This document shows, one piece after another, positions 1 to 10,586 of a stretch of DNA of 64,000 nt. Position numbers and translations under genes: made by a program. Below the pieces are notes generated by a model that was given only the letters and a program-made list of their open reading frames with translations, did not search any database and was not told where the DNA came from. The stretch is from a candidate division WOR-3 bacterium (GTDB taxonomy: Bacteria; Hydrothermota; Tepidihabitantia; B3-TA06): assembly GCA_965649265.1 (NCBI GenBank), contig CBFGKC010000010.1:32001-96000 (forward strand), given 5' to 3'. The stretch's first letter is position 1. Each line of letters begins with the position of its first letter.

Positions 1-279
1 CACTGAACCAATAGCAAGAGAACTAAAAGAGCCCACACCGCCAAGACCGCTGTTTTTGTCGGCAAACTCGGAGACCCATGCAGAACCATTCCATGTGGCG
101 TATTTCAAATATCCGCTGTCGGCATAGAAATAAGCTACATGCGGCATGTTCTTTGAATCAATCACGAGAGAGGAATATTGTCCTACATCACCTGTTGTAT
201 CAACATCTTCCAAGTACCAAGCCTGGCCAAATGCGGCTACAACAGTCACTGCGATAATAAAACCTATCCACTTTTTCAC
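1..279 (-). CDS. Secreted protein, N-terminal part only (runs off the left edge)
   Basis: Manual translation from GTG at 279, after SD AGGAGG: MKKWIGFIIAVTVVAAFGQAWYLEDVDTTGDVGQYSSLVIDSKNMPHVAYF. Signal peptide then a propeller-like repeat; open to position 1. Confidence 0.8.
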   Translation of the reverse strand, partial: MKKWIGFIIAVTVVAAFGQAWYLEDVDTTGDVGQYSSLVIDSKNMPHVAYFYADSGYLKYATWNGSAWVSEFADKNSGLGGVGSFSSLAIGSV

Positions 280-426
280 TAATACCTCCTAGGTCTAAGG
301 TCTAAAAGTTTTCAATCCAAAATTTTAGTATATTAATCTTAAAGATTTTAGAGTGTTTGTCAAGGGGGGGTAATTAACAAAGAACGATTCTAATAAATGA
401 GGCAAGAAGGCTATAAATAAGGCTTT

Positions 427-2541
427 TCATTGTTGAGGATTAAACTTGACGAACTTCCGATACCATCCTGTACCCACCAGGAAGTACGTTCCCGGCTCCA
501 ATTTCACCACGTCGTATGACAGACCGTTTACGAAATCCTTGTACCTTCCGCTTTCATCATAGATTGCGGCTTTAACCGGTGTCGAAAAATACAGGATTCT
601 CGAACACGGGTTGGGCCAGGCAAAAATATCCGGAACCTTACTTGGGTAAGATTCATTTGAACCAAGCTTGAGAAATAACGCTCGCTCGAGCCCGTCATAA
701 CCGTCGGCAAGAATGACCGTATCCAAGACGACCACGAGTGCCCGGGCTTCTCCACCGGTATTAAGACGACCGACAAGATGGGGCAAGTAAGGGTCAGAAA
801 TATCGAAGGCACTGATACCTTCAGAACCCTCGGCAAGAAAAAGGGTATTACCAACCAAATCCATGGAAAACGCAACGTGCCTGGTAGGAGTAAGGGATAA
901 TCTCGTCCATTGAATTCCGGACAAACCATATATACCTAATCCTCTATCGAATTCGGCAAGATAAATGATACTGTCTTCTCTGATAATATCCGTGACGACC
1001 CCTGAAACTGTATGCCTGGCTACAACCAATGGTTCAGCAGGGTTACTTACATTGACTTCGGCAACGCTGGCATCTTCAAGACCCATATAAAGGGTCTCCC
1101 CATAAAGACTTACCGTAAATGCCCTGACTCCAAAAGCAATACTCGAAACCCTCTTTATTTCTTTAGGATCAGAAACTTCCGCGATTATGAGACCGGAATC
1201 TCCGCAAGCGAGATAGGCATAAGGTGAATCGAGAGCCAGCCCCCATACGTGCACCTGTTCGGGATTAAATCGAGAGATAAGCTCGACACCTGACAATGGA
1301 TCACTGATATCGTAAAGTGAAAGCCCCGACCAGCTTTCGGCGATATAAAGCGTATCATTGATTATTGCCGCATCCCTCGGCCAGTCCTTCGTCGAAAACG
1401 TAACTTTCGGCGAAAGAGGATCACCTCGTTCAAAAATCGCGATCTTCGATCCCTGCATCCCTAGAACTATCCAGCGCTCGCTCACCGAAACTACGTCGGA
1501 AAGCCCCCCCCTGGCCTGCCCGTCCTTGATATCGGGATTTGAAGGATCGGAGTTGTCAAACACCCACCAGGAGCCCGAAAATCCGGCTACCGCCCCGAAT
1601 CCTTGAGAACAGGAAACATCGTAGGCCCAGATGCCTGCTGAATCCAGATTGTAAAGATTGGTCGAAGAGATCTCGTCGTATGTATCGAGGCCGATGATGT
1701 GGAGGGAATCATTCCAGGTTACTACGTAAGCATAGGGGGGTACAATATCCACAGCCCACGCGACAAAAATTGGGATTGTAGAAGCAAGGCCGGGGCTTGC
1801 CGGATTGGAAATGTCCACAATGTGAAGTCCGCCGTCAAAGGAGCAAATCCATGCCTTATCGCTAAGGGTATCTAGTGCAAGTCCATAATGCTGGCCCGGG
1901 AGTTTAAGACTCTTGATTAAACTCGGCGACGACGGGTTGGATACGTCAATTGTAATCAAACCGATTGAGGCATCGGTGGCAAAAATGCGCCCCTCATAGA
2001 GCGACAAAGAACGAAGATTGAATCCTGTGAGTGTACCCAGAAGCTTGGGATTCGAACCGTCACTGCAGTCGTATATCTCAAGGCCGGCGTTTCCGAGAGC
2101 CCCGTAGACCGTATCGCCGCGAACTTCAAGTCCGAACGTCCTGCCGCCCGTCGGGAAAAGTTTTATTTCTTTCGGGGCGTCAGGCGATGAGATGTCAATT
2201 ATCGCTATCCCCTGGTCGTCAACGGCGACGTAGAGGCGATTTTCCCATCGGGCCAAGGTATACGCAAGCCCGGGAAAGATTAGCTCGGACAGCCAGGAGA
2301 CCTTGCCTTGTGCGTTCAGGCGTCCAATCTGAAGAACAGCTCCATTGGTGTAGTAAAGGATGTTCGAATCGAGAAGGACGGAAAATCCCGATCCGTAAGG
2401 CCAGCGGTCGAGAACCTTGAAGTTGTAGTCGGTGGTGGACAAAGAGGATGCAGGCATATCGCAGTATCCCTCCCCCCATGTTGCACTCGTTGAGTACCCT
2501 CCCCCCCATACCGCGAGGATAAGATATAATGTAACCATCAC
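427..2541 (-). CDS. LVIVD-repeat secreted protein with T9SS-type C-terminal domain
   Basis: Many IIDISxPxxP (LVIVD) repeats; C-terminus AWPNP...IYDESGR...GTYFL. Confidence 0.85.
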   Translation of the reverse strand: MMVTLYLILAVWGGGYSTSATWGEGYCDMPASSLSTTDYNFKVLDRWPYGSGFSVLLDSNILYYTNGAVLQIGRLNAQGKVSWLSELIFPGLAYTLARWENRLYVAVDDQGIAIIDISSPDAPKEIKLFPTGGRTFGLEVRGDTVYGALGNAGLEIYDCSDGSNPKLLGTLTGFNLRSLSLYEGRIFATDASIGLITIDVSNPSSPSLIKSLKLPGQHYGLALDTLSDKAWICSFDGGLHIVDISNPASPGLASTIPIFVAWAVDIVPPYAYVVTWNDSLHIIGLDTYDEISSTNLYNLDSAGIWAYDVSCSQGFGAVAGFSGSWWVFDNSDPSNPDIKDGQARGGLSDVVSVSERWIVLGMQGSKIAIFERGDPLSPKVTFSTKDWPRDAAIINDTLYIAESWSGLSLYDISDPLSGVELISRFNPEQVHVWGLALDSPYAYLACGDSGLIIAEVSDPKEIKRVSSIAFGVRAFTVSLYGETLYMGLEDASVAEVNVSNPAEPLVVARHTVSGVVTDIIREDSIIYLAEFDRGLGIYGLSGIQWTRLSLTPTRHVAFSMDLVGNTLFLAEGSEGISAFDISDPYLPHLVGRLNTGGEARALVVVLDTVILADGYDGLERALFLKLGSNESYPSKVPDIFAWPNPCSRILYFSTPVKAAIYDESGRYKDFVNGLSYDVVKLEPGTYFLVGTGWYRKFVKFNPQQ

Positions 2542-2615
2542 GCCTTTATAATAACCCCCAAGGTGACGTTGTCAATTGAAACCTGACGCGAATCTTTATG
2601 CCGTCTTTTTAGTCG

Positions 2616-3269
2616 TCAGCCGGGTTTCTGGATTATCATCCTTCGCATCTCACTTGAGAGAATCCATCCATTTAGACTCGTCGTTATCCACCACGAATAG
2701 CTTCCGTTCGCGAGGATGTGGAACGAATCCACAGGCATCTCATAGATCGTGTCTTCGGATGATTTAAACGTGATAAGGGAATCAGCCAGATTCATAAAGT
2801 TTACGAGAAAACCATTTGTACAGGTATCCGAACTCCAGATGAAAGTCGGGGGAAGGGTATCGAACACCGCGCCGTCCGACGGTGCAATTGATCTTGGACC
2901 TGTTATTCCTCTATCGACCGTGAATGTTCTCGTCTCGCTCCATAGTTCCACGGAGTCGAATACTGCCGCTACCGACCAGGAGAAGTCAAAAGCCAGAGGA
3001 CAGGTAAACTGCTCGCCCGTAATCTCGTAACAGGTGTCTTGAAGTGAATAACCAAAAAAAGTGTCCTGGTGCACTCCAACGGTTATATAAAGCCTCCAGA
3101 TATAGCGATCCAAAACCGGGGATGGGTTCCAAACCAGAGTCACTGGTAACTTTTCGAATTTTGCACTATCCGCTGGGTATACGAGTTGCGGAGCCTGCGG
3201 TTCATCTTTCTGACACCCGATCTGGATCATAAGAAATGAGACTATAACGATTAAGGAAAGTTTCTTCAC
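2616..3269 (-). CDS. Putative lipoprotein with two FN3/Ig-like repeats
   Basis: Lipobox-like IQIGC; duplicated P.L.YPAD/P..IAPSD...W...Y.W.V motif; SD AGGAGG. Confidence 0.7.
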   Translation of the reverse strand: MKKLSLIVIVSFLMIQIGCQKDEPQAPQLVYPADSAKFEKLPVTLVWNPSPVLDRYIWRLYITVGVHQDTFFGYSLQDTCYEITGEQFTCPLAFDFSWSVAAVFDSVELWSETRTFTVDRGITGPRSIAPSDGAVFDTLPPTFIWSSDTCTNGFLVNFMNLADSLITFKSSEDTIYEMPVDSFHILANGSYSWWITTSLNGWILSSEMRRMIIQKPG

Positions 3270-3330
3270 AATGCAGACCTCCTTGTTGAAATTTAAGCTG
3301 AATATCTATCTTGTCAACTCATCAAAACCG

Positions 3331-3364
3331 TTGACGGAGGTCTAAATCCGGCTAAAATCGGCAG
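3331..3364 (+). promoter_or_regulatory. Sigma70-type promoter, leaderless geometry
   Basis: TTGACG(3331)-16 bp-TAAAAT(3353)-6 nt-ATG(3365). Confidence 0.7.
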
Positions 3365-4558
3365 ATGATCAAACCTGCAATAGAAGGTGGAAAACCAGTC
3401 AGGGAGGAGTTTCTTGTTTTCGGAAAACCCGATATCAGGGAGGCCGATATTGCCGAGGTCGTTGATACGCTCCGCTCCGGCTGGATTGGCCACGGACCCA
3501 AAACCGAACTTTTCGAGGAGATGTTTAAGGAATACACCGGTGCAAGACACGCGATAGCTGTAAGCTCCTGCACGGCGGCCCTTTACCTCTCACTGGGGAT
3601 GCTCGAACTAAAACCGGAGGATGAGGTTATCACTTCTCCCCTGACTTACCCGGCAACGGCAAACGTCATTCTCCACCACGGCGCTAAAGTAGTTTTCGCC
3701 GATGTTGATGAGGAGACGGGCAACATCGATCCGAAGAAGATTGCGGAAAAGATATCGAAAAAAACGAAAGCGGTCATCCCTGTTCATCTCTACGGATATC
3801 CCTGCCGGATGGATGAGATATTGAGTCTGGCCGAATATTCCAGTATTGACGTGGTCGGAGACGCAGCACACGCTATTGAGACTCGATTCAAAGACAAGCA
3901 TGTCGGAGTGCTGGGTGGCGCTGCCTGCTTCAGCTTTTATGCGACCAAGAATATTACAACGGCTGACGGCGGCATGATAACCACTAATAACGAAACCTGG
4001 GCTGAGCGTTTCAAACTGATGCGGATGCACGGTGTAACACGCTCGGCATGGACAAGATTCAAGGCGGAGGGATTCAAGTTTTACGACACACTTGCACCTG
4101 GATACAAATTGAATCTTACCGATTTGCAGTCGGCATTGGCAATTCATCAGATGGAAAGGATTGAAGAAAGCTGGCAGCACCGAAGCCAGGTCTGGCGAAA
4201 GTATTGCGACGGAATGAACGATCTCAGGGGAATTATACTACCCCCGGAACCCCAAACGGGCAAACACGCTCATCATTTGTACCCTATCAGACTCGAACTC
4301 GATGCCCTCAGGATAGATCGCGATCACTTCCTTGAAGCCCTGAAAGCCGAGGGTATAGGCGCCGGGATTCAATTCATTTCACTGCACTTGCAGAATTACT
4401 ACCGCAGTGCAATGGGGTTTAAGCCGGAAGACTTCCCTGTCGCGGCAACAATTTCTGAATCGACACTCTCGCTGCCCATTTCACCAGCGCTCTCGGATTC
4501 GGACGTAGAGGACGTCATATCCGCAGTCCGTAAGCTCCTTGAATATTATGCCCGTTGA
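3365..4558 (+). CDS. DegT/DnrJ/EryC1/StrS PLP-dependent sugar aminotransferase
   Basis: SSCTAAL, VHLYG, DAAHA and FSFYATKNITTADGG (PLP lysine) motifs. Confidence 0.95.
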   Translation: MIKPAIEGGKPVREEFLVFGKPDIREADIAEVVDTLRSGWIGHGPKTELFEEMFKEYTGARHAIAVSSCTAALYLSLGMLELKPEDEVITSPLTYPATANVILHHGAKVVFADVDEETGNIDPKKIAEKISKKTKAVIPVHLYGYPCRMDEILSLAEYSSIDVVGDAAHAIETRFKDKHVGVLGGAACFSFYATKNITTADGGMITTNNETWAERFKLMRMHGVTRSAWTRFKAEGFKFYDTLAPGYKLNLTDLQSALAIHQMERIEESWQHRSQVWRKYCDGMNDLRGIILPPEPQTGKHAHHLYPIRLELDALRIDRDHFLEALKAEGIGAGIQFISLHLQNYYRSAMGFKPEDFPVAATISESTLSLPISPALSDSDVEDVISAVRKLLEYYAR

Positions 4559-5459
4559 TCCGACATTCTGGGTGGACGTGTTTCACAAATCGGCGTGGAG
4601 TACGGCATTTTCTTCACCCATATGGCATAAGGTAACTGAGGAACTCGGCGAAGACGCAAGCTTCGAATTTGAAGGAATAATTACCCCCTTAAGGGAGATT
4701 CGCCTGGCAAGGGGACTTCTCAAAGGGTATGAGTCTACCGTCCCCGGCGTTCCTTGCGGGCCGATTGCTCTGACGATACCCGATTCGACATCAATTGATA
4801 GATACTGGAATGAACTGAACAAAAGAACCGGAGGAAGATTCCTTGTGCACCTAAGACCTGATTCTCCCTTCACTGCCGCGCCTTTCAGGAAAATGGAGGT
4901 TAAAACGCATTTGCTCCGTATCGAGGAGAAGGAAAAAAAATTGAGTGAACACCATAAAAGACAGCTCCGGAAAGCGCAAGACGCGGGAGTCACTGTTACA
5001 GAGGCAAGACGACGTGAGGATTTTGAAGCCTGCCGGGAGATGTACGAGATGTCCCTGAAACGCTGGAAAAGACGTCCTGCATGGGTTTATTCTGAAAGAT
5101 TCTTTGAGAATATCCATGATTACATAATCCCTGCCGGTGAAGGTTGTTTCTTTATCGCGTGGATGTCAGGAACTCCACAAGCCTCGGCCCTGGTTCTCTA
5201 CGAGCGCAAACGCGCCATATACTGGCACGGCTCGAGCGCAGACGAGCCCGCCCAGGGCGCAGGACACATGCTTCACTGGAAGATCATGGACGAGTTGGAA
5301 AGGAGGGGGATAGAAACGTATGATTTCGGGCCGAGCGCCGGCCTTGAGGGTGTACGGCGATTCAAGGAAGGATTCGGAGCGGAAATCGAGATTCAAACAA
5401 CGATAATCGGACCCGCGAGATTATTCGGGTCGTACTTTTCGAAAAAGGCAGGGAGATGA
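4548..5459 (+). CDS. GNAT/FemAB-like acyltransferase
   Basis: KRQLRKAQ.GV, YWHGSS and YDFG.S...GVRRFKEGFGA motifs; overlaps both neighbours; ATG 4548 preferred to TTG 4539. Confidence 0.85.
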   Translation: MPVDPTFWVDVFHKSAWSTAFSSPIWHKVTEELGEDASFEFEGIITPLREIRLARGLLKGYESTVPGVPCGPIALTIPDSTSIDRYWNELNKRTGGRFLVHLRPDSPFTAAPFRKMEVKTHLLRIEEKEKKLSEHHKRQLRKAQDAGVTVTEARRREDFEACREMYEMSLKRWKRRPAWVYSERFFENIHDYIIPAGEGCFFIAWMSGTPQASALVLYERKRAIYWHGSSADEPAQGAGHMLHWKIMDELERRGIETYDFGPSAGLEGVRRFKEGFGAEIEIQTTIIGPARLFGSYFSKKAGR

Positions 5460-6577
5460 TTTCAGTCGGACATTTTCATTACTGTTTCTTTGAATCATCG
5501 GAAACCTTCATCTACCACCAGTTAACGGCACTCAAACGATACCGCCCTGTGGCCGTATCGTTACTGTCAAGGAATCTGGATAAATTTCCGATGCCCAACG
5601 GATCGCTCTACGATATCGGAATACCCCTTCCAAGACCGGGTCTCCAGTTCGCCGCTCCCTTGAGATATTACTCGCTGAAATTATCGGCTGAGCTTTTCAG
5701 GCGGGAAAAGGTTTCACTCATCCACGCTCACTTCGGAACATGGGGAGCATATGCGATTCCTCTAAAGAAAAGCCTGAGGGTTCCTATGGTCGTGACCTTT
5801 TACGGACAGGACGTCTCCCTGCTCCCCAAAAGGACGATCTGGAGAAACCGCTACGCTAAATTGTTCAAGAAGGCGGATCTTTTACTTGCCGAAGGTCCAC
5901 ATATGATGAAGGAACTACTGAAACTTGGCGCACCGGCAGAAAAGGTTGCCCTTCAGAGGATCGGCATTCCGCTTGACAGAATTCGTTTCCGACCGCAAAA
6001 ACAGATCTCGGATCCACCCAAAGCCCTGTGGGCCGGAAGGATGATTGAAAAGAAGGGGCTTCTGGACGCATTGATGGCACTGGATATACTGAGAAGCGAG
6101 GGAACGAATATAGAGCTTCGTGTAATCGGAGACGGACCGGAAAGACCGCTCGCAGAGGATTTCGTCCGGGAACGAAACATGGGGAACGTGCGCTTTCTCG
6201 GATTCCTTTCGTATGAGGAATATCTTGAAGAATTCGAACACGCCGATTTCTTTCTTGTGCCCTCCAGGACTTCGCGTAAAGGAGAAACAGAGGGGGGGGC
6301 TCCCACGACATTGATAGAAGCCCAGGCACGAGGTATACCGGTTGTTACGACAAGGCATGCGGACATACCCTTCGTTTTACCTGAAAATTACCCTTATCTG
6401 GCAAACGAGGCCGACCCTGGAGATCTCGCCCGTAAAATATCTTCCTTCATTGACGACTACGCAAACTGGCCGGACCTGGCCCTGAAATGCAGAAAGCATG
6501 TGGAACGTTTCCACAATCTGGATACAACCATAGATTCCCTTGAAAAACACTACGACAGGCTTCTAACCAGGGTTTGA
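5456..6577 (+). CDS. GT4 glycosyltransferase (WcaL-like)
   Basis: IHAHFG, GRMIEKKG and ETEGGAPTTLIEAQARG motifs. Confidence 0.92.
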   Translation: MISVGHFHYCFFESSETFIYHQLTALKRYRPVAVSLLSRNLDKFPMPNGSLYDIGIPLPRPGLQFAAPLRYYSLKLSAELFRREKVSLIHAHFGTWGAYAIPLKKSLRVPMVVTFYGQDVSLLPKRTIWRNRYAKLFKKADLLLAEGPHMMKELLKLGAPAEKVALQRIGIPLDRIRFRPQKQISDPPKALWAGRMIEKKGLLDALMALDILRSEGTNIELRVIGDGPERPLAEDFVRERNMGNVRFLGFLSYEEYLEEFEHADFFLVPSRTSRKGETEGGAPTTLIEAQARGIPVVTTRHADIPFVLPENYPYLANEADPGDLARKISSFIDDYANWPDLALKCRKHVERFHNLDTTIDSLEKHYDRLLTRV

Positions 6578-6581
6578 CAGG

Positions 6582-7880
6582 ATGAAAAAAGAGGGCGGGT
6601 TTACTTCTAAAGCTGCAGGTACTTTCATAACACTCGGTACGGTCGCCGTTCTTAATTTCGTCGTCAATCTCGTAATGGCAAGGGTGTTGGGACCTCTTGG
6701 GAAAGGAATCATTACCCCGTCATTGAACATAGCAACAATCGCAATTACCCTGGGGACCCTTGGACTCGGCACATCCATTGCTTTTCACCTCGACAAGAAG
6801 CCTTTCAGGGCTAAAGACGTGATGCTGACTTCTTTGCTTGTTTCTTTGTTATCAGGTCTGATCTCCGCCGCCGCAACATACTTTATCATATCGGCATCGG
6901 TTCCTGAGACTTCTCTTTACTCGAGAATCCTTTTCTCTTCCGGAACGCTTTTCACCGTCGTCTACTCCGTAATGCACGGCGGACTTCTTGGACGTAATCG
7001 CATCGGCTGGATGAATCTGGCCACTCTTGCATCAACCATATTCCGGACGCTATTGTGCATTCTTTTACTGTACTTCTTGTGGCCTTCAGTAGAAGGATTC
7101 GCCTTATCCTATGCAACCGCACAGCTCATGAATTCCATACTCGTCATTGCGCTTTCATTTAAAGAGACCGGATTTAAACACGCACGAATCGATCTTTCTT
7201 TCATGAAACAAGCGATAGTTTTCAGCATAGCCGTGTATCTCGGAATGATCGCTCTTGAAGCGACCTCTGCCATCGGCATGATTCTTCTGAAGCAGTTTCG
7301 ATCACCCCAGGAGGTCGGAATCGTATCGCAAGCTCAAACCGTAACCAGGCTCTTAATGCTCATTCCGCAAGCGCTCGCCACCGCACTTTACGGAGCCGTA
7401 ATCGGCGAGACCGGAAAGGAACAATTTGCCGCAAGGGCAATAAGACTATCCTTTTTTGCCACGCTCTTGATCGGAATACTCCTTGCTGTTCTGGCGCCGT
7501 GGCTTATTCCTTTTCTCTTCAAAAAGGCCTTTACACCAAGCGTTCCTTATCTTTGGGGTCTCCTGCCTGCAACCGTCTTATATACGATCCCGCAGCTTTA
7601 CACATCTCTTGTCATAGCCAGCTGGGGAAAACCCTGGCATTTCTTTATTTCAAGCGCCGTTTCTCTGGTGATTACCGTTGTATTGAACGTTTTTCTCATC
7701 CCCGTCTACGGCGGCTGGGGAACCGTCATTGCCTATGCGGCATCAGTGATTTTCATGACGGCTTATTACATAGTGTTACTCTTAAAGAAGGGCGGCTTAA
7801 GCATGGAAGATATTTTTATTCCGAAGGTCGAAGATTTCAACGTGTTAATGAGAAGATTGGGCCTGAAACGAGGGAGTTAA
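6582..7880 (+). CDS. Wzx/MATE-like polysaccharide flippase
   Basis: About 12 hydrophobic segments, ARVLGP.G.G and LIPVYGGWG motifs; follows a glycosyltransferase. Confidence 0.88.
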   Translation: MKKEGGFTSKAAGTFITLGTVAVLNFVVNLVMARVLGPLGKGIITPSLNIATIAITLGTLGLGTSIAFHLDKKPFRAKDVMLTSLLVSLLSGLISAAATYFIISASVPETSLYSRILFSSGTLFTVVYSVMHGGLLGRNRIGWMNLATLASTIFRTLLCILLLYFLWPSVEGFALSYATAQLMNSILVIALSFKETGFKHARIDLSFMKQAIVFSIAVYLGMIALEATSAIGMILLKQFRSPQEVGIVSQAQTVTRLLMLIPQALATALYGAVIGETGKEQFAARAIRLSFFATLLIGILLAVLAPWLIPFLFKKAFTPSVPYLWGLLPATVLYTIPQLYTSLVIASWGKPWHFFISSAVSLVITVVLNVFLIPVYGGWGTVIAYAASVIFMTAYYIVLLLKKGGLSMEDIFIPKVEDFNVLMRRLGLKRGS

Positions 7881-7935
7881 GATTAATTAAACTTACCACA
7901 ACCGGAGAGGTTGTTTTCTCAGGACTTCACGGGTT

Positions 7936-9117
7936 TCAAGTGGTTTTGAATCTTTTGTAAATTGAAGCTTCCTCTTTTACCCGCTCCGGCCATGGCTTGA
8001 AGAATTCCTTTGAGAATAACCGTGCGTTTGAACCTAACCGATTTCTGAATTCATCGTCCTTCATGAGCGTTTCGATTCCACGAGCAGCACCCTGAATATC
8101 GTGCGATGGAAATAACAATGATGTATTCTCATGGCGAAGGAACATGGCTGAGCATCCTGTGTCAAAGGCAACAACCGGCTTACCCATGACAAGAGCTTCT
8201 ATGACGGTGTTTGTTATATTTGAAAGATCCTGGGTCGAAAGAACAATCGAGGCATCGTAAAGGTATTCGTACATCCTGGTTCGCGGCACGCTTCCTGCAA
8301 AATTGACGTTCGAGGATACCCCGAGCTTATCTGCCAATTTCCTGAGCGAATCGCGTTCGGGGCCATCCCCCAGAATTACGAACTGTAATTCCGGCAGGTT
8401 TTGACACACAATTGCGGCGATGCTGACCACTTTGTCCATCCTCTTCCAGTCAACGAGTCGACCTGCAGTAAGAACGTAAGGCGCAGTTCGGCCGGATGGT
8501 TTCATGTCGAGAATCGACGGTTCGTAACCATTTACAAGGAAATCGTATTTGCTTTTCGGGATTCTAAAAAGACTGCATATTACATCACCGCATGTTCCGT
8601 CGTCTGTTATAACAAGATGGTCAGGAGGATTGCGCAAAAGGGATAACAGATCAAAATAAAGCTCCTTTCGAATACCCCTCGACAAACGTTCATGAGTCGC
8701 ACTGACTCCATAAAGCCTTGTTACGGCAGGTACCCGAAGACGACGAGCAACCCTTCTCAGCGCAAATATTGTCTCAGAGGAATGACCGACTACAAGATCG
8801 AATTTCTCCCCGGACTTCGTTACCCAGCACGATACAAGCTCTGTCCATAAAGAGATTGCTGGAAGCCGGTAAAGAAATGCGAAGCCGGTATTCAAAACGA
8901 ACCGCAAACTCTCGAATGGATTATGCTTGATACGCACAAAACGGACGTTCTCACTTTCTTCGAGCAAGGGCAGACCGTTAGAAAATGGAGAAACGTGCGT
9001 TACATGAAAACCGGCTTGGGTCATGGCCTGGATCGCGTACGTCTCGGATGGCGATCCACCTCCCCCTCCCTGCGACCAGACGGACGGCCACGGCGATATG
9101 GAAAGGATTTTATTCAA
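7936..9117 (-). CDS. GT4 glycosyltransferase
   Basis: GRLVDWKR, GDGPER, NTVIEALVMGKPVV; start moved to TTG 9117 to avoid overlapping the transaldolase gene. Confidence 0.85.
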   Translation of the reverse strand: MNKILSISPWPSVWSQGGGGGSPSETYAIQAMTQAGFHVTHVSPFSNGLPLLEESENVRFVRIKHNPFESLRFVLNTGFAFLYRLPAISLWTELVSCWVTKSGEKFDLVVGHSSETIFALRRVARRLRVPAVTRLYGVSATHERLSRGIRKELYFDLLSLLRNPPDHLVITDDGTCGDVICSLFRIPKSKYDFLVNGYEPSILDMKPSGRTAPYVLTAGRLVDWKRMDKVVSIAAIVCQNLPELQFVILGDGPERDSLRKLADKLGVSSNVNFAGSVPRTRMYEYLYDASIVLSTQDLSNITNTVIEALVMGKPVVAFDTGCSAMFLRHENTSLLFPSHDIQGAARGIETLMKDDEFRNRLGSNARLFSKEFFKPWPERVKEEASIYKRFKTT

Positions 9118-9161
9118 GCCTTTGCCCGGTCTTTCGATTTCTAAGGACCAGCCGTATACAA

Positions 9162-9821
9162 CTAGTCTATTGAGAACCCTGTCTTCTGCCAGTCTTCGAG
9201 AAAGCGCTTCAAACCGATATCGGTCAGCGGATGCTTGATCATCTGACGAAAAACCGCAGCCGGCATGGTGCAAATATCGGCCCCAATGAGCGCGGCCTGC
9301 AAGACGTGTTCAGGATGACGTGTACTGGCGAATATTATCTGAGTGTCTATGCCGTAGTTATCGTAGATTTCCTTGATTTTGGAGACTTCATCCACGCCTT
9401 CATGACCGACGTCGTCAAGCCTGCCGACAAAGGGGGATACGTAGGAAGCACCTGCGTTAGCCGCCATAAGGGCCTGTAATGGAGAAAACACGAGTGTCAT
9501 GTTGACCGGGATCCCTTCCTCGAAAAGGAGCGTCGTAGCCGTGAGTCCTTCGGGAACGCAAGGCACCTTTACAACGACGTGTTCGGAGATTTCTGAGAGT
9601 GACTTTGCCTGCTTTACCATGCCTTGCGCGTCGAGAGCGGTTACTTCAGCAGAAACCGGGCCCTGGACGATATCGCATATCTCCTTGATCAACTTGCGGT
9701 AGTCGGTACAGTCCTTCTCCTTTGCAAGAAGCGATGGGTTCGTTGTCACACCGTCGAGAATGCCCCATTCGGCTATCTCGCGTATCTCTTTTATATTTCC
9801 AGTATCCAGGTATAGCTGCAT
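9162..9821 (-). CDS. fsa: Transaldolase / fructose-6-phosphate aldolase family
   Basis: LDT, GVTTNPSL, VVKVP, YVSPFVGRLDD, HPLTDIGL. Confidence 0.93.
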   Translation of the reverse strand: MQLYLDTGNIKEIREIAEWGILDGVTTNPSLLAKEKDCTDYRKLIKEICDIVQGPVSAEVTALDAQGMVKQAKSLSEISEHVVVKVPCVPEGLTATTLLFEEGIPVNMTLVFSPLQALMAANAGASYVSPFVGRLDDVGHEGVDEVSKIKEIYDNYGIDTQIIFASTRHPEHVLQAALIGADICTMPAAVFRQMIKHPLTDIGLKRFLEDWQKTGFSID

Positions 9822-9863
9822 TCATCCTCCTTAGACCAGCATCCATATCGCGGATGACGATCG

Positions 9864-10586
9864 TTACTTTTCATAGTTTACTTTTACAAGCACCAGCCCG
9901 TTGGCAGGGGCGGTAATCACCTGCAACGGTTTTGTGCGGCTGAACAAAAGAGGTATTATGTCCTTTTCAATACGCCCCCTCCCGCAATCGGTAATTATAC
10001 CAACGATTCTCCGAACCATCTTGTATAAAAACCCGGGAGCGCTGACATCTATAATAATCTCACTCCCGTTTTCCTTAAGATCAATGCAATCAACAGTGAT
10101 TGTCGGCCTTGGATCATCTACTTCACAAAGAGCTACGTAGTCGTGTTCACCGGCAAGAAGTTCTACGGCTTCTTTCATTCTTTCAAAATCAAGCTTGTAA
10201 TGATATTCCCAAGCGCGCACGCGGCGAAGAGGTGAGCGACCCCTGATTATGGTATAACGATACAGCTTCGACAATGCGTCTCTCCTTGCATCAAAGGAAG
10301 GATATACTTCCTCGAGATTCTGCAAGCATATGGATCTGGGTAAAACGGAATTTAATGCGAAAATTAGCCTGTAAAGTTCCAACGATCCATAGTAATCGAA
10401 GGAAATAACCTGTCCGAGAGCGTGAACTCCGGCGTCGGTGCGTCCGGCGCCCGTGATTCTCGTGGACCTTCCCGTTATCTTTTCCAGGGCGGCCTCAATG
10501 TTCCCCTGAATCGTTATCTTATCCGGTTGAACCTGCCAGCCGTAGTAATCGGTACCTTCATATTCAACGATGCCCCTAAGCCTCAT
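9864..10586 (-). CDS. truA: tRNA pseudouridine(38-40) synthase
   Basis: YEGTDYYGWQ.Q, GAGRTDAGVHA, FLYKMVR, TAPANGL. Confidence 0.97.
   Translation of the reverse strand: MRLRGIVEYEGTDYYGWQVQPDKITIQGNIEAALEKITGRSTRITGAGRTDAGVHALGQVISFDYYGSLELYRLIFALNSVLPRSICLQNLEEVYPSFDARRDALSKLYRYTIIRGRSPLRRVRAWEYHYKLDFERMKEAVELLAGEHDYVALCEVDDPRPTITVDCIDLKENGSEIIIDVSAPGFLYKMVRRIVGIITDCGRGRIEKDIIPLLFSRTKPLQVITAPANGLVLVKVNYEK

Noticed and set aside
9118-9273. N-terminal extension of the GT4 ORF
   Set aside because: It overlaps the transaldolase gene; TTG at 9117 gives a normal GT4 start.
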